Shown here: positions 29,373 to 37,257 of the stretch, one piece after another
Layout: every line of letters starts with the position of its first letter
Numbering within the stretch: the first letter of the stretch is position 1
DNA from: Rickettsiales bacterium
GTDB lineage: Bacteria; Pseudomonadota; Alphaproteobacteria; Rickettsiales; UBA3002
Assembly: GCA_022763105.1 (NCBI GenBank)
Contig: JALEGK010000022.1
Span: 1,198 to 65,197, forward strand
Length of the DNA stretch: 64,000 nt
Direction: 5' to 3'
Notes under the pieces: model-generated
What the model saw: the letters and a program-made list of their open reading frames with translations, nothing else
Database searches by the model: none
Told to the model about the DNA's origin: nothing
Program-made: the position numbers and the translations under genes

Positions 29373-30569
29373 ATGCAACATGTAATTAAACACGTATTTT
29401 TATCAGTTATTCTGCTGATCGTGGCTTCCACCACGGTGTATGCAAATAATTCTAACGTTCAAGTAACGCGCATTCCTTGGCAGACGTCAGGCTATCAGGC
29501 GACTGACTCTTATTGGAATGAACCACCATTATCTTGTTTGCCTTGGCGCGCAGGAAAGTGGACTAGCGAAAGTGACAAACCATTATGTCACTGTCCGCCA
29601 GCTTCTATGTGTCCGAGCAGTGTGGCAGATTGGAATGCTAGCCCAATCGTTCCACCTTATATGCTGACGGCATGTTGTAATATTTCATGTCCGCGCGGTA
29701 CCGTTGCCGATATTGACCCTTGTGGTCGTACTGAGACGGTTAATACTGGTTCAGAAGGCCAGGGCGCAGACCCTAATGCCCCAACGCAAGCTGAGCGTGT
29801 GGCGGCACGTATGAACACCAACATTCAGAAAGCCTTAGCAGAAGGCGTGATGAGTGTCGCAAATGAATGTCAATCGTGTCAGGATACGGAAGGCCCTGAA
29901 GAGGGTGATCCAAAAGACGTTGATCCGATTGGCTGTGAAGGCTTGAGCGGTTGTGAAGTGACCCCTCAGGATGCTTACACCATTTGTATTCCAACCTTGA
30001 GCTGTACACCAATTTCAGAAAATCCATGTGATAAGGTCACCGATTTGACCGATCCACATCGTGATCCTTCGCTACAGGCTACAACCGACATCTCTTGTAC
30101 GGTGGCGGAAGCATTCTGTATTCTTGAAGGTACCGAGATTGTGCTGGTTGATGGTTCTAAGAAGAACATCGAAGACATCAAGCTTGGTGACAAACTCCGC
30201 AGTGGTGCGAAGAACGTGGTGATGGTTGAGGCTGTCTCTAAGGTGATTCGTAAGAAGGGCGCGCTACACTCTATCAATGGTAGCCGTGCATTCATTACTG
30301 CAGAACACCCTATCATGACCACTAAAGGTTGGAAGGCCATTGCTCCTAATAGTGACCTGGATCACAGTATTAAGATTCTAGGTGCGCTAGAAGTGGGCGA
30401 TGAAATCGTAACAGCAGACGGCACAGAAACCGTCAAGACGATTGAAGCGAAAGACCTTGAGTCTGATGCTGGTGTTGCCACTTACAACCTGATTGTGAAT
30501 GGTGATGGAACTTTTGTGGCTGACGGCGTTGTCGTCAAAAGCATGAGAAAATCAGCAATTTACTACTAA
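29373..30569 (+). CDS. Secreted protein: signal peptide, 16-Cys N-terminal domain, C-terminal Hint (Hedgehog/intein-like, bacterial intein-like) domain
   Basis: Signal peptide ...ASTTVYA|NN. Hint blocks: C249-ILEGTEIVLVDGSKKNIEDIKLGD (block A), FITAEHPIMTTKGWKAIA (TxxH block B), TYNLIVNGDGTFVADGVVVKS (C-terminal block, no His-Asn). Only about 8 residues follow. Confidence 0.8.
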   Translation: MQHVIKHVFLSVILLIVASTTVYANNSNVQVTRIPWQTSGYQATDSYWNEPPLSCLPWRAGKWTSESDKPLCHCPPASMCPSSVADWNASPIVPPYMLTACCNISCPRGTVADIDPCGRTETVNTGSEGQGADPNAPTQAERVAARMNTNIQKALAEGVMSVANECQSCQDTEGPEEGDPKDVDPIGCEGLSGCEVTPQDAYTICIPTLSCTPISENPCDKVTDLTDPHRDPSLQATTDISCTVAEAFCILEGTEIVLVDGSKKNIEDIKLGDKLRSGAKNVVMVEAVSKVIRKKGALHSINGSRAFITAEHPIMTTKGWKAIAPNSDLDHSIKILGALEVGDEIVTADGTETVKTIEAKDLESDAGVATYNLIVNGDGTFVADGVVVKSMRKSAIYY

Positions 30570-30592
30570 TCGTTGCAACTAGGAGATAGACC

Positions 30593-31999
30593 ATGAAACG
30601 TATCAACTTCTTCAAAAACGACCTAGGGAGCATTGCTCTCATGGGTGCTGCAGCGATTACATTGTTAGTTGTTGCGGCCGGTGTCACCATTGACGCTGCA
30701 AAATATGTCACTGTAAAATCCAAATTCCGTAATGCTGTGGATGCTGCTTTGCTTTCATCAGCTGCGGTTGCCTGGGAATATGAAAATGAATTGGATGAGG
30801 TGGCAACCCGCTTCTTCCATGCCAATTTCCCTGAGCAATATATGGGTTCTTTCAACCTCAGCGCAGTTCATGTTGAGCATAATGCCCAAGAGTTTTCTTG
30901 GACCATTCGCATGGACGGCGATGTTAACACTACCTTTGGTGCTTTGGTCGGGTTTGACTCGATCAGCATGAGCCACCAGGCGCGTGTTGAGGTGGATACC
31001 AGCGCCCATGTGGATGCTGTGTTCACACTTGATACTTCGGCATCGATGTGTACGACGACCCGTCGCGCACAACGTGACGATACCGATGAATATGCCATTG
31101 AGTATGTGCCAGATGGTGAATGTAAGAAGCTAGAAGCAGCTAAGGAGGCGTTGACCTATATTGCAGATCACGCATTCCCATCGTCTGCTACAGAAGCTGG
31201 CCCAATCTTTAATATGGGTGTTGTACCATTCAACCATAAAGTACGTTTGCCGCGTCAGGATAGTATTCCAGCGCCAATGCGTGCGGTTGAGGCTCGTAAC
31301 CCTATCGAAGGCGATTTTGGTAATAATGTGACCTTTACCGTGAATACGGCAGGTGCCAATTATTACAGCAATCTGTCTGATGCAAACCCGCTTTCAGAAG
31401 TCATTTCACTGACTCGTATGAATAGCGCGGCTGCTAAGGAAGATCTGAAAGACAAAATCGATGATATTTTCCAAGGGCCACACGGTCTGGGTTGGACCCG
31501 CTCTAATATTGCGGCTTATACCGCAGCTCTGATGCTTGATCCTGACTATTACCGTCACTTTGATGGTGAGCGTCCAGGTGAGTTTCTACCAGAGAATGAG
31601 AAGATCGTTGTGATGATGACTGATGGTGCCAATATTGGTTGCTGCTGGTTCTCACACCCATACGGTACCTTTGAAAACCAGTATCTGTATCTATACGAAG
31701 CTGATTTGGCTCACCTGACCGGTCTGGATAAGGCTAGTGGCTGGGCACGTCAGTGGAAAACACAGTACAACATTCCTGAGGAAGGTCTGTGTAAGAAGAT
31801 GAAGGAACGAGGTGTTATCATCTATTCTATTATCTTTGACGTAGAAGATGGCGATCCAGGTGGGCAGCAGATTAAAGAAGCCTACAAGGATTGTGCAAGT
31901 AATGACCAATTCTTCTTCGATGTGAAATCGGATGAAGACCTCAAGAACGCATATCGTACGATTGCTAGTTCGTTCATGCCACTGCGCTTGAGCTACTAA
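30593..31999 (+). CDS. TadG-like protein: TadE/G-like N-terminal anchor plus vWA domain
   Basis: N-terminus MKRINFFKNDLGSIALMGAAAITLLVVAAGVTIDAAKY (Tad_N/TadE-G-like). MIDAS AVFTLDTSASM and VVMMTDGAN. Lies 23 nt after the Hint gene and has its own RBS (AGGAGA). Confidence 0.8.
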   Translation: MKRINFFKNDLGSIALMGAAAITLLVVAAGVTIDAAKYVTVKSKFRNAVDAALLSSAAVAWEYENELDEVATRFFHANFPEQYMGSFNLSAVHVEHNAQEFSWTIRMDGDVNTTFGALVGFDSISMSHQARVEVDTSAHVDAVFTLDTSASMCTTTRRAQRDDTDEYAIEYVPDGECKKLEAAKEALTYIADHAFPSSATEAGPIFNMGVVPFNHKVRLPRQDSIPAPMRAVEARNPIEGDFGNNVTFTVNTAGANYYSNLSDANPLSEVISLTRMNSAAAKEDLKDKIDDIFQGPHGLGWTRSNIAAYTAALMLDPDYYRHFDGERPGEFLPENEKIVVMMTDGANIGCCWFSHPYGTFENQYLYLYEADLAHLTGLDKASGWARQWKTQYNIPEEGLCKKMKERGVIIYSIIFDVEDGDPGGQQIKEAYKDCASNDQFFFDVKSDEDLKNAYRTIASSFMPLRLSY

Positions 32000-32022
32000 T
32001 AACGTACACACGATACGAAGGA

Positions 32023-32048
32023 GGGGAGCCAAGCGGCTCCCCTTTTTT
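32023..32048 (+). terminator. Rho-independent terminator of the Hint/TadG-like transcript
   Basis: ggggagcc / aagc / ggctcccc followed by tttttt, 24 nt after the stop. Confidence 0.85.
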
Positions 32049-32095
32049 GTGGGTGCGCTTTGGTAGGTGAAAGCGTGAATTGGGATTAGGGTGTC

Positions 32096-32172
32096 TGGCG
32101 GTCTCGGCGCGATTCGAACGCGCGGCCTTCGCCTTCGGAGGGCGACGCTCTATCCAGCTGAGCTACGAGACC
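32096..32172 (-). tRNA. tRNA-Arg (anticodon CCG)
   Basis: The reverse complement folds as a cloverleaf: GGTCTCG/CGAGACC acceptor stem, GCTC..GAGC D arm, TCGCC-CTCCGAA-GGCGA anticodon arm, GCGCG-TTCGAAT-CGCGC T arm, discriminator G, encoded CCA. Confidence 0.92.
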
Positions 32173-32217
32173 GTGCGCTCTTTCATACCAGATAGAAAAG
32201 TCAGGACAAGTCGGTTG

Positions 32218-32598
32218 TTAGTAGCCCGATGCGTCGGCAAAGAAATTCTCAGCCCATTCTTCTTCGGCAAATTCTACATCATAGAGCAGCATGGTTTCTG
32301 GCATGTCTTGCTGGTTTGATGGGGCGGCTTCTTGCTGCGCGATGGTCGTGGCTTCTGGAGCGGTTGGCGGGTTGCCGACGGCACCGATAAGAATAAATAG
32401 ACCCACCACAGAGGCCATGACGACATAGCGCATGGATGGCACATATAGCCACGCTTTGAGCAGTCTTAACGGCGCAAAGAGAGGGAATTGCCTGCGAGGA
32501 TTCTCCTTAGCAAGCTGCACGATTCTACTGACCGCTGCGTCATCTGCCGCAGGGATATAGAGGGAGCGTAGCATCTCATGTGTCGATTTATTATCCAT
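32218..32598 (-). CDS. Putative anti-sigma factor (single-pass membrane protein downstream of the ECF sigma gene)
   Basis: 126 aa with a central TM (YVVMASVVGLFILIGAV). Overlaps the sigma gene stop by 8 nt. Confidence 0.55.
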   Translation of the reverse strand: MDNKSTHEMLRSLYIPAADDAAVSRIVQLAKENPRRQFPLFAPLRLLKAWLYVPSMRYVVMASVVGLFILIGAVGNPPTAPEATTIAQQEAAPSNQQDMPETMLLYDVEFAEEEWAENFFADASGY

Positions 32599-33157
32599 AC
32601 CGTTCCATCCGCTCTGTCACCACCTGACTGCGCAACTGCGTGCGTGCACGTGAAAGCAGTGATTCCAGCGCTTTAACTGATATACCCATCATATCAGCGA
32701 TCTGTTTTTGAGACAAATCCTCAAAGTAGAACAGATTCACCGCAATGCGCTGACGTTCGGGTAGCTCTTTTAATACGCTTCTAAGTGCCATTTGCCTTTG
32801 TTTGTCTATTTGTTCATCTTCTGCCGTGGGGCCTTCATCTGGAATGTCATCCTTCAGCTCACTGACGCTGCGGTTACGTTTGCGTAGTAAATCCACGGCC
32901 TGATTGTATAAAATCCGGTAAAACCACGTAGTAAAGCGGGCTTTCTTCTTTGCCTTCCAGCGCGCCTTTCCTGACCATATTTTCATAAATGCTTCTTGAA
33001 CGACGTCTTCCGCATCTTCTGCGTGTAGCACCCAACGATAAACCTGGCGGTAGAATCGCTGGTGGTGGCGAGAAACCAGGGTTTCAAACGCTCTCACCTC
33101 GCCTGCATGGATAAAATCCATGAGGCTTTCATCAGGCATATCCTTGAATGCTAACAC
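32591..33157 (-). CDS. ECF-type RNA polymerase sigma-70 family factor
   Basis: Region 2 (DAEDVVQEAFMKIW, FTTWFYRILYN) and region 4 (LPERQRIAVNLFYFEDLSQKQIADMMGISVKALESLLSRAR). Confidence 0.9.
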   Translation of the reverse strand: MLAFKDMPDESLMDFIHAGEVRAFETLVSRHHQRFYRQVYRWVLHAEDAEDVVQEAFMKIWSGKARWKAKKKARFTTWFYRILYNQAVDLLRKRNRSVSELKDDIPDEGPTAEDEQIDKQRQMALRSVLKELPERQRIAVNLFYFEDLSQKQIADMMGISVKALESLLSRARTQLRSQVVTERMERYG

Positions 33158-33169
33158 TAAATCGACCGC

Positions 33170-33526
33170 CTATTCACCCGGTTCTGGGTGATGACCACCG
33201 CCATGTGGTGGTTTATGGCCTTTGAACTTCTTGCGACGTTCCATTTTCTGTTCCACATGTTTGATTTTCTCATCATCTGACATGCTTTCCCAGCGTTCTT
33301 CCATTTTTTCGAGCCGTTTTTGACGTTTCTCTTCAATGGTTTGGAGCTTCTCTTCCTTGCTCATTTTTTCCCATTTTTCTTTGCGCTCTTTATGGAATGC
33401 TGCGCGTTCTTCAGGTGACATGTTCTTTATTTTCTCGCGCATGCCGCCTTCGTGATGTTCTGCATAGGCTGGGGCTGCATTTAGCGCCAATACAGAGCAT
33501 GTTAGTATCAGTAGATGTTTTAGCAT
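33170..33526 (-). CDS. Periplasmic Glu/Lys-rich repeat protein with His-rich termini
   Basis: GGAGGA RBS, then the ATG at 33526. Signal peptide MLKHLLILTCSVLALNAAPAYA. Mature protein starts EHHEGG, carries three MS(x)EE(K/R) repeats, and ends HGGGHHPEPGE. The ORF stays open to 33619. Confidence 0.6.
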   Translation of the reverse strand: MLKHLLILTCSVLALNAAPAYAEHHEGGMREKIKNMSPEERAAFHKERKEKWEKMSKEEKLQTIEEKRQKRLEKMEERWESMSDDEKIKHVEQKMERRKKFKGHKPPHGGGHHPEPGE

Positions 33527-33653
33527 CAGATCCTCCTTAGTGTTGTATCTGTAATACGATGCCCATAAAGAATTCCGTCGCATTAAATGCGAAAAAAGAG
33601 CGCTTTGCAATCCTGACATCTTCCGCCATAGTGTTCTGGGGGCTTTAGACTAG

Positions 33654-35111
33654 ATGAAAAGCAATGTCATACCTGTGATTTTATCTGGTGGCGCGGGAAC
33701 GCGACTATGGCCTTTATCTCGTCGTGATTATCCAAAACAATTCCTGAAACTGCTGAGCGAATATAGCTGTATACAGAATACGGCGAAGCGCATGAGAGCT
33801 GTGTGCGACGATATTTATGTGGTGGCTGCCGAGCGCTATCGTTTTGCTGTGGCAGAGCAGTTGCAAGAAGTATCATGCACGCCAGAGCGCATTTTGCTTG
33901 AGCCAGATGGACGTAACACGGCGCCCGCGATTGCATTAGCGGCATTATCCATTGCTCAAGATCGCGAAGACCAAATTATGGTAGTGGTGCCATCAGATCA
34001 TTTAATCAGCGATGAGGCGGCTTTTTATGAGGCGCTGGAGCGTGCAGCCAAATTATCTGATTCAGGCCGTTTGATTACGCTTAGTGTGACACCTGAATCT
34101 CCAACCACGCAGTATGGCTATATCAAGCAGGGCGCGCCGATCATTAATCATACGGATGCGTATCAGCTCGATGAATTTATCGAAAAGCCGGATATTGAGC
34201 GTGCTAAACAGCTTCTCCAAGATAAGAAATATAGTTGGAATAGCGGTATATTCGTTGGCAAGGTCGCGACGTTTTTAGCAGAGATGAAGCGCTTGTGCCC
34301 AACGGTTGTCGATGCGGCATATGATGCGCTTCGCACTGCACGCAAAGAGACTGACTTTACTTTTATTGGTGCTAAGGCGTATCGGGAATCACCTGCGATA
34401 TCGTTTGATTATGCGGTCATGGAACGAACCGATAAAGCAGCCGTCATTCCGGTGAAAATGGGCTGGTCGGATTTAGGGTCTTATGAGCAATTATGGCAAA
34501 ACACCCCTAAGGATGAGGCGAATAATGCCGTTGTGGGCGAAGCCGCTTTGCTCAGAGCCCGGGGCAATTATGTCCATAGCGAAGACCATATTACGGCGCT
34601 CATTGGGGTAGAGAATCTATTGGTCGTTGCGACCCGGGATGCCGTATTGGTGGCGAATCGATCAGAGGATCAAAATATTGGCGCGCTGGCTAAAGAGCTG
34701 ATTAAGCATGGCAAGAGTGAGGCGATTGAGCATCGCCGTGTGTATCGTCCGTGGGGATATTATGAGGCGCTATATATTCAAGAGGGTGTGCAGGTAAAGG
34801 CGCTTAGCATAAAACCGGCGAGCCGCATGTCGTTACAGAAGCATGAAAAACGCTCTGAGCATTGGGTGGTGATTGAAGGTGAGGCGCGTATTACTGTCGG
34901 GCAGGAACAGAAAATCATTGAAGCGAATGAGTCGATTTTTGTGCCGGTTGGTAGCGCTCACCGTATTGAGAATGTCAGCGAGGATGACTGGCTCAAAATC
35001 ATTGAGGTGCAGTCCGGCGAATATATCGGCGAGGATGATATCGTCCGGATTGAGGATGATTATGGCCGCAAAAAACCGAACAAAGAAACGCGTAAAGACG
35101 AGCCGTCTTAA
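33654..35111 (+). CDS. manC: Mannose-1-phosphate guanylyltransferase / mannose-6-phosphate isomerase (bifunctional type)
   Basis: PVILSGGAGTRLWPLSR..YPKQF at the N-terminus. C-terminal cupin with RPWGYYE, SLQKHEKRSEHWVV and VPVGSAHRIEN. Confidence 0.93.
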   Translation: MKSNVIPVILSGGAGTRLWPLSRRDYPKQFLKLLSEYSCIQNTAKRMRAVCDDIYVVAAERYRFAVAEQLQEVSCTPERILLEPDGRNTAPAIALAALSIAQDREDQIMVVVPSDHLISDEAAFYEALERAAKLSDSGRLITLSVTPESPTTQYGYIKQGAPIINHTDAYQLDEFIEKPDIERAKQLLQDKKYSWNSGIFVGKVATFLAEMKRLCPTVVDAAYDALRTARKETDFTFIGAKAYRESPAISFDYAVMERTDKAAVIPVKMGWSDLGSYEQLWQNTPKDEANNAVVGEAALLRARGNYVHSEDHITALIGVENLLVVATRDAVLVANRSEDQNIGALAKELIKHGKSEAIEHRRVYRPWGYYEALYIQEGVQVKALSIKPASRMSLQKHEKRSEHWVVIEGEARITVGQEQKIIEANESIFVPVGSAHRIENVSEDDWLKIIEVQSGEYIGEDDIVRIEDDYGRKKPNKETRKDEPS

Positions 35112-35974
35112 GCGTTCTTTTTCTTCAATCCCAGATCAATCGTCTCTTCCCAATAAGCAGGCTTAATATCCAGCTCATCGGTCATTTTGCCAGCGGCAAT
35201 AGCGCCCGGATGAGGGGTGCGGCTGATTGGGGGCGCAGGAGGTGGCTTTAGCTCTTCCTTGCGTTTATGGATGATCATCTTCTCGTTACGCTTTTCATGA
35301 TTTGGCGGGTATTTAAAACCTACTGCCCACAAATCAATAAAGTCACGCGACACTTGAATATTGGTAAAGCCAGCTTCACGCAGATGCGTGCCTAGGCTCT
35401 TAGCGGTGAAGGCCGTTTTATGTGCCATGAATAAGTTGCCTCGTTCCATTGAAGAGCGAAGACCATACATAATATCGATGGCACAGATTGGACCGGCCGG
35501 TGATTCGTAAATTGGCTCTTCTAAATCACCGTTGGCAACAAAGGTGGCAACGGTTTGGATGTCTGGCAGGGTAACCAGAATGTGTCCTTCATCTTTGATG
35601 ACGCGGTGAAATTCTTTCATCGCAGCAGGGACGGTATGCGGATAGAGATGCTCGACATTGTGTGAAGACCAGATAGCGTTGACAGAACCATCTGGAATCA
35701 TAGACATATCCAGCATGTCAGCGACGATATGCGGCTTCACGCTTGGGTCGATGTCCAGTCGTAGTTCAAACCATTCTTTATCGTTCTTGAATGATTTGTG
35801 TAATTTATCGGCATTAGGTTGCCCGCAACCAATATGCAGCACAATTTTACGGCCATTGGCTTCTTTCTCAATAGCGGCGAAAGAAACGCTCTTCGGTGCT
35901 GCCTTAGCTGCAGGTTTTTTAGCCGCTGTTTTAGCTGGCGCTTTACGTGGTTTTTTCGTTTTTGACTTTGCCAT
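35108..35974 (-). CDS. Class I SAM-dependent methyltransferase with an N-terminal Lys/Ala/Pro-rich tail
   Basis: MAKSKTKKPRKAPAKTAAKKPAAKAAPKS, then LHIGCG (motif I), VNAIWSSHNVEHL, and ILVTLPD. Confidence 0.75.
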   Translation of the reverse strand: MAKSKTKKPRKAPAKTAAKKPAAKAAPKSVSFAAIEKEANGRKIVLHIGCGQPNADKLHKSFKNDKEWFELRLDIDPSVKPHIVADMLDMSMIPDGSVNAIWSSHNVEHLYPHTVPAAMKEFHRVIKDEGHILVTLPDIQTVATFVANGDLEEPIYESPAGPICAIDIMYGLRSSMERGNLFMAHKTAFTAKSLGTHLREAGFTNIQVSRDFIDLWAVGFKYPPNHEKRNEKMIIHKRKEELKPPPAPPISRTPHPGAIAAGKMTDELDIKPAYWEETIDLGLKKKNA

Positions 35975-35976
35975 GA

Positions 35977-37257
35977 TTATGCTGCCTTTTTCGTCTCTAA
36001 TCCTTGAATTGCACGAATTTTTGCATCCACCGGTGGTGGGAATTTCTTCTCAGCAATCTCTTTTACTAACTGAACATGCAGCGGCATGGTTTTCTCTAGT
36101 GAGTATTTATCGACCATGAGCTTGCGCGCTGCATCACGTACATGTTGCATGCGTGTTTTGTGATCAAGCACTTCGTAGATTTGTTCTGCCAGTGCTTCGT
36201 GATCAAAGAAATCAACCAAGAAGCCTGTCTCACCATGGGTGACCACTTCACGTACCGGCTGGGTGTCAGATGCGACAAGGGCACATCCGCACGCCATCGC
36301 TTCCATGCTAGACCATGAAAGGACAAACGGATAGGTCAGGTAGATATGTGCTGCGCTTACTTGCAGTACAGAGATCAGATGGTCGTATGGTAGCGTGCCG
36401 ACAAAGTGCATGCGGTCCATATCTAGATCTACCTTCTTCATCCACATTTCGCGGTATGTTGTGCCTTTTGGCGCTTTACGGCCATAGCTTACCTCATCTG
36501 CGCCAATAGCAATGATGTGGCAGTTTGGGCGGTCTTTCAGAATCTTTTCAGCGGCTTTCATGAAGGTTGGGAAGCCTCTGTATGGCTCGAAGTTACGTGC
36601 AATATAGGTAACCACTTCATCGCCATGCTTGAATTGTACGCCTGGCTTAACCTTCACATTACGTTTTTGGTCTGGTTTTGCCACGTTCGTATTAATACCG
36701 TCATGAAGCACAGAGATTTTATGCTGAAACTCTGGCGGGTTGAGCGAATTTTGCCAATGAGTCGGACTGATACCCCAATCGGTTGAGACCATGCCTAGCA
36801 AATGGTGTGCGTTTTTGGTTCGCACGCGGGCTAGATCGTCTTCGGTGCGCGTGTCTTTAGGGTCAAAGCCGACATCGACGCCAACGCCATGATAGAAGAA
36901 CTCAAAGAAGCTGAGAACAGGCGTATCAGGATAGACGTCTTTGACATAAAGCGCGTCACCCCAACCTGGGTGACAGCAAATCACATCAGGGACAAAGCCT
37001 TCTTCGTTTTTAAGTTTATTGAGCATGCGCCACGCCTCTTGGCCTTGAATAACAGCGCGCTCAAAATGGATCATATAGCGGTGGCAATGCGGTGATTCAC
37101 GGCGTTGCAGGCCGTAAGTGACGCGGTGTACGCCTTCAATTTCAATATTTTTACTTTTGGTAAGAAAGACCACCAGATTATCCGGATCTTTCGCAAATTC
37201 CTTGCAGAGATACTTGTACTGACCCGGCATATTCGGGTGCATGAATAGCACTTTCAT
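35977..37257 (-). CDS. GT-B fold glycosyltransferase (GT4/group 1-like)
   Basis: C-terminal EX7E-type region: SWSSMEAMACGCALVASDTQPVREVVTHGETGFLV. Lies 2 nt upstream of the methyltransferase gene. Confidence 0.8.
   Translation of the reverse strand: MKVLFMHPNMPGQYKYLCKEFAKDPDNLVVFLTKSKNIEIEGVHRVTYGLQRRESPHCHRYMIHFERAVIQGQEAWRMLNKLKNEEGFVPDVICCHPGWGDALYVKDVYPDTPVLSFFEFFYHGVGVDVGFDPKDTRTEDDLARVRTKNAHHLLGMVSTDWGISPTHWQNSLNPPEFQHKISVLHDGINTNVAKPDQKRNVKVKPGVQFKHGDEVVTYIARNFEPYRGFPTFMKAAEKILKDRPNCHIIAIGADEVSYGRKAPKGTTYREMWMKKVDLDMDRMHFVGTLPYDHLISVLQVSAAHIYLTYPFVLSWSSMEAMACGCALVASDTQPVREVVTHGETGFLVDFFDHEALAEQIYEVLDHKTRMQHVRDAARKLMVDKYSLEKTMPLHVQLVKEIAEKKFPPPVDAKIRAIQGLETKKAA

Noticed and set aside
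29373-30569. A true (splicing) intein or mobile intein with homing endonuclease
   Set aside because: The Hint domain is at the extreme C-terminus with no C-extein and no +1 nucleophile. The terminal His-Asn is absent and there is no endonuclease insert. It is better described as a BIL/Hog-like autoprocessing domain.
27300-32172. Genomic island integrated at the 3' end of tRNA-Arg(CCG)
   Set aside because: The accessory-looking module does face the tRNA 3' end. However, I found no integrase, no direct repeat of the tRNA 3' segment, and no obvious compositional break by eye. This stays unproven without comparative genomics.
32080-32319. 79-aa + strand ORF
   Set aside because: It overlaps the tRNA-Arg gene and the antisense strand of the anti-sigma gene, so it is not coding.
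35658-36119. 153-aa + strand ORF spanning the methyltransferase/glycosyltransferase junction; similarly 38507-38971 inside the DMT gene
   Set aside because: Both are antisense to well-supported genes and cross a gene boundary. No motifs were recognised, so they are shadow ORFs.
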